The position numbers and the translations under genes were made by a program. From Balanoglossus misakiensis (lineage: Eukaryota > Animalia > Hemichordata), in assembly GCA_040954595.2 (NCBI GenBank), contig CM082581.2, forward strand, positions 13,899,921-13,963,920: a stretch of 64,000 nt of DNA, read 5' to 3'. The notes under the pieces are model-generated. The model did not search any database, was not told where the DNA came from, and saw nothing but the letters and a program-made list of their open reading frames with translations. Below, piece after piece: positions 1 through 12,087 of this stretch. How positions within the stretch are numbered: position 1 is the stretch's first letter; every line of letters starts with the position of its first letter.

Positions 1-3000
1 TTTCCCAACTTTCGAAATTCGTCGATTTTTGAAGAAATCATGGGTTATAGCTCAGGAAAATCGTCGAAAATCGCCGATTTTTCGACTTTTCCCGACTTTC
101 GAAATTCGTCGATTTTTGAAGAAATCATGGGTTATAGCTCAGGAAAATCGTCGAAAATCGCCGATTTTTCGACTTTTCCCGACTTTCGAAATTCGTCGAT
201 TTTTAAAGAAATCATGGGTTATAGCTCAGGAAAATCGTCGAAAATCGCCGATTTTTCGACTTTTCCCGACTTTCGAAATTCGTCGATTTTTGAAGAAATC
301 ATGGGTTATAGCTCAGGAAAATCGTCGAAAATCGCCGATTTTTCGACTTTTCCCAACTTTCGAAATTCGTCGATTTTTGAAGAAATCATGGGTTATAGCT
401 CAGGAAAATCGTCGAAAATCGCCGATTTTTCGACTTTTCCCAACTTTCGAAATTCGTCGATTTTTGAAGAAATCATGGGTTATAGCTCAGGAAAATCGTC
501 GAAAATCGCCGATTTTTCGACTTTTCCCAACTTTCGAAATTCGTCGATTTTTGAAGAAATCATGGGTTATAGCTCAGGAAAATCGTCGAAAATCGCCGAT
601 TTTTCGACTTTTCCCAACTTTCGAAATTCGTCGATTTTTGAAGAAATCATGGGTTATAGCTCAGGAAAATCGTCGAAAATCGCCGATTTTTCGACTTTTC
701 CAAATCTCGAAATTTCGCCGATTTTTGAAGAAATCATGGGTCTATATATAGCTCAGGAAAATCGTCAAAAATCGCCGATTTTTCGACTTTTCCGAACTTT
801 CGAAATTAGTCGATTTTTGACCATTTTCCTGAGCTATAACCCATGATTTCTTCAAAAATCGACGAATTTCGAAAGTTGGGAAAAGTCGAAAAATCGGCGA
901 TTTTCGACGATTTTCCTGAGCTATAACCCATGATTTCTTCAAAAATCGACGATTTTCGAAAGTTGGGAAAAGTCGAAAAATCGGCGATTTTCGACGATTT
1001 TCCTGAGCTATAACCCATGATTTCTTCAAAAATCGACGAATTTCGCAAGTTGGGAAAAGTCGAAAAATCGGCGATTTTCGACGATTTTCCTGAGCTATAA
1101 CTCATGATTTCTTCAAAAATCGACGAATTTCGAAAGTTGGGAAAAGTCGAAAAATCGGCGATTTTCGACGATTTTCCTGAGCTATAACCCATGATTTCTT
1201 CAAAAATCGACGAATTTCGAAAGTTGGGAAAAGTCGAAAAATCGGCGATTTTCGACGATTTTCCTGAGCTATAACCCATGATTTCTTCAAAAATCGACGA
1301 ATTTCGAAAGTTGGGAAAAGTCGAAAAATCGGCGATTTTCGACGATTTTCCTGAGCTATAACCCATGATTTCTTCAAAAATCGACGAATTTCGAAAGTTG
1401 GGAAAAGTCGAAAAATCGGCGATTTTCGACGATTTTCCTGAGCTATAACCCATGATTTCTTCAAAAATCGACGAATTTCGAAAGTTGGGAAAAGTCGAAA
1501 AATCGGCGATTTTCGACGATTTTCCTGAGCTATAACCCATGATTTCTTCAAAAATCGACGAATTTCGAAAGTTGGGAAAAGTCGAAAAATCGGCGATTTT
1601 CGACGATTTTCCTGAGCTATAACCCATGATTTCTTCAAAAATCGACGAATTTCGAAAGTTCGGAAAAGTCGAAAAATCGGCGATTTTTGACGATTTTCCT
1701 GAGCTACAACCCATGATTTCTTCAAAAATCGACGAATTTCGAAAGTTGGGAAAAGTCGAAAAATCGGCGATTTTTGACGATTTTCCTGAGCTATAACCCA
1801 TAATTTCTTCAAAAATCGACGAATTTCGAACGTTGGGAAAAGTCGAAAAATCGGCGATTTTCGACAGTTTTCCTGAGCTATAACCCATGATTTCTTCAAA
1901 AATCGCCGAATTTTCGACTTTTCCAAACTTTCGAAATTCGACGATTTTTGAAGAAATCATGGGTTATAGCTCAGGAAAATCGTCAAAAATCGCCGAATTT
2001 TCGACTTTTCCGAACTTTCGAAATTCGTCGATTTTTGAAGAAATCATGGGTTATAGCTCAGGAAAATCGTCGAAAATCGCCGATTTTTCGACTTTTCTCA
2101 ACTTTCGAAATTCGTCGATTTTTGAAGAAATCATGGGTTATAGCTCAGGAAAATCGTCGAAAATCGCCGATTTTTCGACTTTTCCCAACTTTCGAAATTC
2201 GTCGATTTTTGAAGAAATCATGGGTTATAGCTCAGGAAAATCGTCGAAAATCGCCGATTTTTCGACTTTTCCCAATTTTCGAAATTCGTCGATTTTTGAA
2301 GAAATCATGGGTTATAGCTCAGGAAAATCGTCGAAAATCGCCGATTTTTCGACTTTTCCCAACTTTCGAAATTCGTCGATTTTTGAAGAAATCATGGGTT
2401 ATAGCTCAGGAAAATCGTCGAAAATCGCCGATTTTTCGACTTTTCCCAACTTTCGAAATTCGTCGATTTTTGAAGAAATCATGGGTTATAGCTCAGGAAA
2501 ATCGTCGAAAATCGCCGATTTTTCGACTTTTCCCAACTTTCGAAATTCGTCGATTTTTGAAGAAATCATGGGTTATAGCTCAGGAAAATCGTCGAAAATC
2601 GCCGAATTTTCGACTTTTCCGAACTTTCGAAATTCGTCGATTTTTGAAGAAATCATGGGTTATAGCTCAGGAAAATCGTCGAAAATCGCCGATTTTTCGA
2701 CTTTTCTCAACTTTCGAAATTCGTCGATTTTTGAAGAAATCATGGGTTATAGCTCAGGAAAATCGTCGAAAATCGCCGATTTTTCGACTTTTCCCAACTT
2801 TCGAAATTCGTCGATTTTTGAAGAAATCATGGGTTATAGCTCAGGAAAATCGTCGAAAATCGCCGATTTTTCGACTTTTCCCAATTTTCGAAATTCGTCG
2901 ATTTTTGAAGAAATCATGGGTTATAGCTCAGGAAAATCGTCGAAAATCGCCGATTTTTCGACTTTTCCCAACTTTCGAAATTCGTCGATTTTTGAAGAAA

Positions 3001-6000
3001 TCATGGGTTATAGCTCAGGAAAATCGTCGAAAATCGCCGATTTTTCGACTTTTCCCAACTTTCGAAATTCGTCGATTTTTGAAGAAATCATGGGTTATAG
3101 CTCAGGAAAATCGTCGAAAATCGCCGATTTTTCGACTTTTCCCAACTTTCGAAATTCGTCGATTTTTGAAGAAATCATGGGTTATAGCTCAGGAAAATCG
3201 TCGAAAATCGCCGATTTTTCGACTTTTCCCAACTTTCGAAATTCGTCGATTTTTGAAGAAATCATGGGTTATAGCTCAGGAAAATCGTCGAAAATCGCCG
3301 ATTTTTCGACTTTTCCCAACTTTCGAAATTCGTCGATTTTTGAAGAAATCATTGGTTATAGCTCAGGAAAATCGTCGAAAATCGCCGATTTTTCGACTTT
3401 TCCCAATTTTCGAAATTCGTCGATTTTTGAAGAAATCATGGGTTATAGCTCAGGAAAATCGTCGAAAATCGCCGATTTTTCGACTTTTCCCGACTTTCGA
3501 AATTCGTCGATTTTTGAAGAAATCATGAGTTATAGCTCAGGAAAATCGTCGAAAATCGCCGATTTTTCGACTTTTCCCAACTTTCGAAATTCGTCGATTT
3601 TTGAAGAAATCATGGGTTATAGCTCAGGAAAATCGTCGAAAATCGCCGATTTTTCGACTTTTCCCAACTTTCGAAATTCGTCGATTTTTGAAGAAATCAT
3701 GGGTTATAGCTCAGGAAAATCGTCGAAAATCGCCGATTTTTCGACTTTTCCCAACTTTCGAAATTCGTCGATTTTTGAAGAAATCATGGGTTATAGCTCA
3801 GGAAAATCGTCGAAAATCGCCGATTTTTCGACTTTTCCCAACTTTCGAAATTCGTCGATTTTTGAAGAAATCATGGGTTATAGCTCAGGAAAATCGTCGA
3901 AAATCGCCGATTTTTCGACTTTTCCCAACTTTCGAAATTCGTCGATTTTTGAAGAAATCATGGGTTATAGCTCAGGAAAATCGTCGAAAATCGCCGATTT
4001 TTCGTCTTTTCCCAACTTTCGAAATTCGTCGATTTTTGAAGAAATCATGGGTTATAGCTCAGGAAAATCGTCGAAAATCGCCGATTTTTCGACTTTTCCA
4101 AATCTCGAAATTTCGCCGATTTTTGAAGAAATCATGGGTTATAGCTCAGGAAAATCGTCAAAAATCGCCGATTTTTCGACTTTTCCGAACTTTCGAAATT
4201 AGTCGATTTTTGACCATTTTCCTGAGCTATAACCCATGATTTCTTCAAAAATCGACGAATTTCGAAAGTTGGGAAAAGTCGAAAAATCGGCGATGTTCGA
4301 CGATTTTCCTGAGCTATAACCCATGATTTCTTCAAAAATCGACGAATTTCGAAAGTTGGGAAAAGTCGAAAAATCGGCGATTTTCGACGATTTTCCTGAG
4401 CTATAACCCATGATTTCTTCAAAAATCGACGAATTTCGAAAGTTGGGAAAAGTCGAAAAATCGGCGATTTTCGACGATTTTCCTGAGCTATAACCCATGA
4501 TTTCTTCAAAAATCGACGATTTTCGAAAGTTGGGAAAAGTCGAAAAATCGGCGATTTTCGACGATTTTCCTGAGCTATAACCCATGATTTCTTCAAAAAT
4601 CGACGAATTTCGCAAGTTGGGAAAAGTCGAAAAATCGGCGATATTCGACGATTTTCCTGAGCTATAACTCATGATTTCTTCAAAAATCGACGAATTTCGA
4701 AAGTTGGGAAAAGTCGAAAAATCGGCGATTTTCGACGATTTTCCTGAGCTATAACCCATGATTTCTTCAAAAATCGACGAATTTCGAAAGTTGGGAAAAG
4801 TCGAAAAATCGGCGATTTTCGACGATTTTCCTGAGCTATAACCCATGATTTCTTCAAAAATCGACGAATTTCGAAAGTTGGGAAAAGTCGAAAAATCGGC
4901 GATTTTCGACTATTTTCCTGAGCTATAACCCATGATTTCTTCAAAAATCGACGAATTTCGAAAGTTGGGAAAAGTCGAAAAATCGGCGATTTTCGACGAT
5001 TTTCCTGAGCTATAACCCATGATTTCTTCAAAAATCGACGAATTTCGAAAGTTGGGAAAAGTCGAAAAATCGGCGATTTTCGACGATTTTCCTGAGCTAT
5101 AACCCATGATTTCTTCAAAAATCGACGAATTTCGAAAGTTGGGAAAAGTCGAAAAATCGGCGATTTTCGACGATTTTCCTGAGCTATAACCCATGATTTC
5201 TTCAAAAATCGACGAATTTCGAAAGTTGGGAAAAGTCGAAAAATCGGCGATTTTTGACGATTTTCCTGAGCTATAACCCATGATTTCTTCAAAAATCGAC
5301 GAATTTCGAAAGTTGGGAAAAGTCGAAAAATCGGCGATTTTTGACGATTTTCCTGAGCTATAACCCATGATTTCTTCAAAAATCGACGAATTTCGAACGT
5401 TGGGAAAAGTCGAAAAATCGGCGATTTTCGACAGTTTTCCTGAGCTATAACCCATGATTTCTTCAAAAATCGCCGAATTTTCGACTTTTCCAAACTTTCG
5501 AAATTCGACGATTTTTGAAGAAATCATGGGTTATAGCTCAGGAAAATCGTCAAAAATCGCCGAATTTTCGACTTTTCCGAACTTTCGAAATTCGTCGATT
5601 TTTGAAGAAATCATGGGTTATAGCTCAGGAAAATCGTCAAAAATCGCCGAATTTTCGACTTTTCCGAACTTTCGAAATTCGTCGATTTTTGAAGAAATCA
5701 TGGGTTATAGCTCAGGAAAATCGTCAAAAATCGCCGATTTTTCGACTTTTCCGAACTTTCGAAATTCGTCGATTTTTGAAGAAATCATGGGTTATAGCTC
5801 AGGAAAATCGTCAAAAATCGCCGATTTTTCGAGTTTTCCGAACTTTCGAAATTCGTCGATTTTTGAAGAAATCATGGGTTATAGCTCAGAAAAAATCGTC
5901 GAAAATCGCCGACTTTTCGACTTTTCCAAATCTCCAAATTTTGCCGATTTTTGAAAAAATCATGGGTTATAGCTCAGGAAAATCGTCGAAAATCGCCGAT

Positions 6001-6385
6001 TTTTCGACTTTTCCAAATCTCGAAATTTCGCCGATTTTTGAAGAAATCATGGGTTATAGCTCTGGAAAATCATCGAAAATCGCCGATTTTTCGACTTTTC
6101 CGAATCTCGAAATTTCGCCGATTTTTGAAGAAATCATGGGTTATAGCTCAGGAAAATCGTCGAAAATCGCCGATTTTTCGACTTTTCCAAATCTCGAAAT
6201 TTCGCCGATTTTTGAAGAAATCATGGGTTATAGCTCTGGAAAATCATCGAAAATCGCCGATTTTTCGACTTTTCCGAATCTCGAAATTTCGCCGATTTTT
6301 GAAGAAATCATGGGTTATAGCTCAGGAAAATCATCGAAAATCGCCGATTTTTCGACTTTTCCAAATCTCGAAATTTCGCCGATTT
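1..6385. repeat. 87-bp tandem satellite array with alternating-orientation blocks (truncated by the window start)
   Basis: Monomer tttcccaactttcgaaattcgtcgatttttgaagaaatcatgggttatagctcaggaaaatcgtcgaaaatcgccgatttttcgact recurs every 87 bp. Blocks: forward 1-~820, reverse ~821-1900, forward ~1900-4213, reverse ~4214-5468, forward ~5468-6385, then unique sequence. Confidence 0.98.
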
Positions 6386-7667
6386 AACATATGGCCGTTT
6401 AAATCCGATAATTATTGCACTCTGAATGAATATATGTTCGGATGTGCAAGTAAGCTCCATCTGCCGTTTGATTTAAGTCTGACGAGGAGGTTTTCGTGAT
6501 TGACCAGCTTGTCAGCACATGCGTAGAGAGAGAGACAGAGAGAAAGACAGAGAGGCCGTGATAAACATTACCTTTACTGTCCCATTTTCAAGACAAACTC
6601 GACGATACGTCTGGGAATATGGCAAAATGGGTACATCCCATCAACATGAAAACTCAATTTGGAAATGACATCTAATATTTATACAGCATTGTGAAACGAC
6701 AGCTAACCTCGGAACGTCAGGTAAACTCATAGAATGCACGAAAGCCAACTGCGAAAACTCACATTAAAATACCCAATTAAAAATAAAGGCTGTATAATGG
6801 GGTACAGTGAATCGTAACAACGCCTCTGCATGCCCATATAACGTTATTCTGTATTTTGAAATGGAAGCGAAAGGAATGGCTATGCCAAGCAGCACAGAAG
6901 CGCTCGTGAAATCACACCCATTATACCGTGAACCAAGCGCAAACGGATCCGCCTGACAATAAAACGCGATTTTTTTCACCTGGCCTGTTTTATTGGGATG
7001 TCACCGTGGCATTTTCAGATTCATGATAAAGATGGCGAATTTATTCGTGTTCCAATTATAGCAAGCAGTTATTGTTGATGCCACTTAGAATCATGAATCA
7101 ATCTGGTCAGATACATAGTGGATTGTTTCTGTAAATATACCCACAGCAGAAGTATTTGTAGACAAAAATTGCCACGTGACCCGGCTGACAGCAGAGTGTT
7201 TCGAGCTAATCGCTGATTTATGACCTTATTAAATTTTCACAAAAGATGTGCTATCATGCACTCATCCTTATGGCCAAGATTTACGCGTGGCCTTTAAATA
7301 TGCATTTATGTCCACTGCGCAAACGCACAGCTGTCCACAAATGTACAGCTTACTCGCCTGTCTTGTTGTTTCACGGAGAATTTCGACCAGAAAACGCGCT
7401 TGCATCTGCCTATTCGGTTATTGTACTTAGCAGTACAGATAGTTTCACGGAACCATAAGAATATCTGTGGAAGTGAAAATCTAAGTTTCTTTAAAGAAAT
7501 GAACGTTTTCCGATTAAAAATGAAAATATAGCGCGGCTGTACAATTTTGTGGGGGTAAAGTTGATAAACGAAAGGAAAATTGAGCGTATCTGTTATTTGG
7601 GTCACTGCAAAGTTGTTCATTTTTCATGTTAGTCTGGAACAGTTGCAGTATTGTTTAGAGGCTAAGA

Positions 7668-10600
7668 ATGATGGAAAAGCAGATCCGTCGAACGTTTTAT
7701 CTACTGACGATATGGCTGGGAATTTCGTTGCTGGCCTGGCTCGTAATTCTGGGGCGCATCCTAGGCGTGCCTGGTACAATATCGACGGAATTGCTTGTCG
7801 CAGCTGACGGTTACAAAGGATGCGATGTGTTGGAAAGTCGTTCATCGTGTCGTTTGGTTGTCGGAGAGCGGGCGCGAAGGGACGAGGAGATGATTCAAAA
7901 CCAGACTTTGGTGCAGGTAAGATTGGATTATTCGCGTTCAAACTGGTAACTCACATCCCGGTCACTTTAACATATTTTTTGACAATCCTGTTTACGCTTC
8001 CAGTAAAATTTGCTGATTTAAAATCACGATGGTCGACAACCAAACAAATCTCCAGCTGTGGATTTTAATCCGTTATACAAACGAACCCATTTTAGTAAAC
8101 GACATTCGCTTCATAATGACGTTCATTGCTAGAACGCTAAACTACACGAACATGTCCACCATATTTTACAGCCCATAGTTCTGTGGCGTGCAACTATACA
8201 TGATGAAGCGAAAACTAATTCTATTGAAGTCTTCACATGTCCCTTTATATAACTCAGGTCAGACAAGCATAAAGAACGCCCATTTCAAAACCAATAACCA
8301 TGAATATTATTTATCAGAGTTTTAATGCAACGTTTATACATGGCCAACATCTGCTGCCTACCAATCTGGGGTTTTGTCATATTATATTCTTAACGAACAG
8401 CATGGTTTATGCACGCACGCTGCGTTCCTCATTTGTGTTTATTTACAAAAAGAACATTGCGTGTGATTTCTAAGGCAAATTAATATAAAATTCGAATGTA
8501 ATCTGTTGCGTTTGACTCCGGTCTAGAAATTGGTAGAATACATGAACGGACACGTGTTGAACTTTTGTTTTGAGCGTATTCGTTCTGGACATAAGCTTAG
8601 GTTCTGAGTGTCACGCCACATCTAAAACACCAGCGTCATTTCACAAAATTATAATAGGTTGTAGGTGTAGTTCACTGAGTTCTGTGGTCAGAGAATATTT
8701 CGATTGAAATGCATCATCATCGTTGAATAATGCTTTTCCCTATCGTGCGTGATGACCTGCCAATGTTGACATAAGATCGCACCATCTGGCCGACAGCAAA
8801 ACCATTTATTTCATGCGGATATTTATTGAAGTGGAAAAGACCATACGCACTTATTGCGTGTTTGCAATTTCCTGAAGCATTGAACGTATTCTTGCAATGT
8901 CTATTACTGATCGATCGAGTGAATCTGTGATTCAGAAAGCGATCAATCGTTCCTGAGTGCAAGTAAATTAACCGTGCAGCTGTGTTCACTAAAGAAGCTT
9001 TTGGGGGGCCTTACCACAGAATATACATATACAATATTTTGGACTCATTTAATGTCAAATGTTTCTCCACAGTCCAGCGGGGACTGTGGTTTCTTTGCAG
9101 ATTTTACAGTGTCCATTGTTTTGTTTTTTACTTGTTGAGCGAGTACGGTTTTGTTAGCGTGACCAGGTGAACCTAGCTAGTTTTGCCAGGTGTTAATGAA
9201 TAATTTATCTGTCCACGTGTATATGACACGGTCGCATCGTTCACCCAGGCAGTTGCAGAACAGAAAGTCTTCGCTATGTGGGCAAGATAGTGATAGTTGT
9301 TTCTACGAATCTGATGGGCCATAGTGGCGAGTTTGTGCAGGTACCTATCTTCGTTGACCAGTTCAGTATCGTTGTGGACGGCTGTCCAGAAACTGTCATG
9401 GCTGAAACGGAATTCCACGCGTGGTGTGGAGGTCATTGTTCACCACCAAAGAGCTAGCATTCTCTGGTTTGATTCATTTACGTCTTTATTTAGTTCAGTT
9501 ACAAAGCCTGGTCTCTCTTGGTCCATGGTAAGTTATTGTATACTTGTAACTTGTTACTAATTTGTGGTATACATCTCTATTTCTTACTCTAGGAGGAACT
9601 CGTTCAAACTGGCTTGGAACCGTCGCAGGAATCAAATAGACGTTACTTGTTGCCACTGTATTCAGACGGCAGCTGGAGTTTGCAACACAGCGGGTTCAAA
9701 ATAGCTTTGAGAATAGCCATGGACCAAAACAGGACAATTGTTACGCATCCATTCTTCAGGGACCGTTACTCGCCACCTGACAGAGAGAAACTTGTCAAAT
9801 TTTCGGACACGTTTGACGAGAAGAGTCTACGGTCTCTAGCGACGCATGCGTCGCTGACTGAGTTTCAGAGAGATTGCAGAGGCAGCGTAGATGTTGTGTT
9901 GTCATGGCTACATCAGATGGAATGGACGTCGCAGAACAGCAGCAGCACACGCAACACGGATTATGAATTCACCAGCAGTTTCTTGACATTTTTCTACAAC
10001 ATTAACCTCCCAAAGTTAGACGACACGCCACGTAGCATGCAAGAAATTCTACAAATGTATGATTCATCCGAATCAGAAAAATGTTTGGTTTTATTCAACA
10101 CAAACGACTTTGCCGAGGTCTCGCGCGAGATGGACCTCGCACGAGACAATGGTGTCATAGAAACAATCAACAAACAGTTGCGAAGGACCGAAGCAATACA
10201 AGCAATTGGAGACTTGGCACAGAAATATATATGCAATGGTAAACCGTATGCGGCGCTGCACTGGAGAAACTCGGTTGCGGAAAAGTATGTTTATTTTCTT
10301 ATATGTATATTTCTGACTTTAAATATTTTATTACCGGACCAGAAAAATCAACAAATAAGTAAAATGTCCAAACCGAGAATCGTTTGTCGATGGTTAGATA
10401 CAAACAGTGGAATTTGTAGATAAAATTTACTAACAATATTCTCATCTGTCTTTTCAACTTCTATATCAGATGTAATAATATTTCGGGTGGCTACACATCA
10501 AGCATTTGTCGGTTTCATCTGGAGGTGTTAGCGAATAACAGCGCCCTCATAGCTGAAGTAGTTCACAAGGTGATGGCCACTGAACAACTGGACTGCCTGT

Positions 10601-11139
10601 ATTTAGCCTCGCCCCAATATCCACAGGTGAGTGCATTCATTACAAGAACGCTACAATGAAGTCGATGCGGAGTATGCAAAGACATGTACTCCTTCCAGAT
10701 GCATCGATGTTCATCATTTTGTTCTTCTTTTGTGCATTTTAGAGTATTCTGGAATTCATGGCGGCTGAAATTCCCAAAGTTTACACGGTGACGGAAATCC
10801 TCCTCCTAGAGAATATACCATTGAACATGAAAACCGATGATTACTTCATTTCTCTCATAGAGCAAGAAATCTGTGCAAGTAAGTACATGTATACGTTTGG
10901 ATTATTTTTTCGTGAAAGTTTAATAGGATCGCACACTCTGACGATGAAACCGGGGGGTGTCACACCTACAGTTAATACTACGTTACCTGTGCTTGTTCGC
11001 AGGAGCTGAAATATTCATCGCGTCATCAAGGTCAATTTGGTCAGAAATCGTGAAAGAGGAGCGCAAAGCTAATCTGAGGGTTTCGTCGAGGCTCCGTCAC
11101 TTGCGGGGGATGCCACGCAATGTGGGTTCATTGTTGTAG
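7668..11139 (+). CDS. GDP-fucose O-fucosyltransferase-family (POFUT-like, GT-B) type II membrane protein, 5 exons
   Basis: Phase-consistent GT-AG exons 7668-7916, 9593-10284, 10470-10626, 10743-10878, 11003-11139. N-terminal anchor (TFYLLTIWLGISLLAWLVILG) and motifs NRTIVTHPF, YAALHWR, CLYLAS and SLIEQEICARAEIFIASSRSIWS, which resemble the O-FucT C-terminal signature. Joining of exon 1 is less certain than the rest. Confidence 0.78.
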
Positions 11140-12087
11140 TGCATATTTGCCGTGTGTTGTCTGATAGTGCTGGGTGTGAACTTTGACCTGGGTGTAAACT
11201 TCGACCTTCTCTAAACCTGGTGGTTGTCTATCGAGTTAGGTTCACTTTACTTATAAACCCATTTTGTTCTTGGACAAGAAAGGGTACCTACATCCGGGTA
11301 ACTTTGTACGAAACCAAATGTCTCACAGATTGCTGTAAAATTCAATAGTTTATTTGTACAATAAAGATTACTTACACCAAATGTGGTTCCAGTAAGAGCC
11401 TTAGCAATGAGGCAGGATAATTCAAACATAAAGACATGGTCATCTTCCTCGACTGGTGAATCAACCGACAAGTCACGTTAGAATAGCCTACTTTCTCAAA
11501 TGACGAAATAACAATCTGACTGACTTTAATGTGGACTCTTACAGTAATATTGCGATTGTTTGTGAACATGAATACAAGAAAGTTGAATAACGTGTACCAA
11601 TGATTGTCAAAGTTCCACTTGTAAAAGAGAACATAGTTTCAGTCCATAAAATTCAAGCTATACATTGTTCGTGTAATGAGTAATTGAAACTACGGTATTT
11701 CTCACGCATTGTCCCTTCTGCCCACATTGTATGAATAGGCTCTATAATAAACAAAACGTTGGCGTTGGAATTCCATTCAGGCGTAGAAAAATTAATGTGT
11801 GTACCCATGTCCTTTCATTCAGATGCGCCTTCTGTTGTTTAAAAGGCCAAACCAACTTGCTTGATTTGCTTGGATGTTGAGATAGTTGAAAACAGTTATT
11901 GCTTGGTCGTTCCTTATTGCAGTCACCTCAGAAAGTGGTCTTGTTGTATCTTCAGTCACCACGGATTTGGTTGACCTATTATCTGGTAACGATATCCATT
12001 GCCGAAGAGCATCAGATGCGCGTGCTTTCCGCGCTGTATTGCGCACCTTGACGCGTGTTTCAAACCGGTGTACTTCCCCGGATGTAC

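Noticed and set aside
1-6385. CRISPR array or prokaryotic defence locus
   Set aside because: The repeats are head-to-tail with no unique spacers, no cas-like ORFs are present, and the window is spliceosomal-intron eukaryotic DNA.
29-6499. Long repetitive ORFs (up to 771 aa) on both strands of the satellite
   Set aside because: 87 bp is 29 codons, so any stop-free frame stays open. Two overlapping frames are open, they flip with array orientation and point variants break them at random. No evidence of coding function.
9324-9560. Possible extra or alternative exon of the fucosyltransferase ending ATG|GTAAG at 9527
   Set aside because: The donor looks plausible, but the peptide has no recognisable features and exon 1 already joins 9593 in phase. 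It cannot be supported without transcripts.
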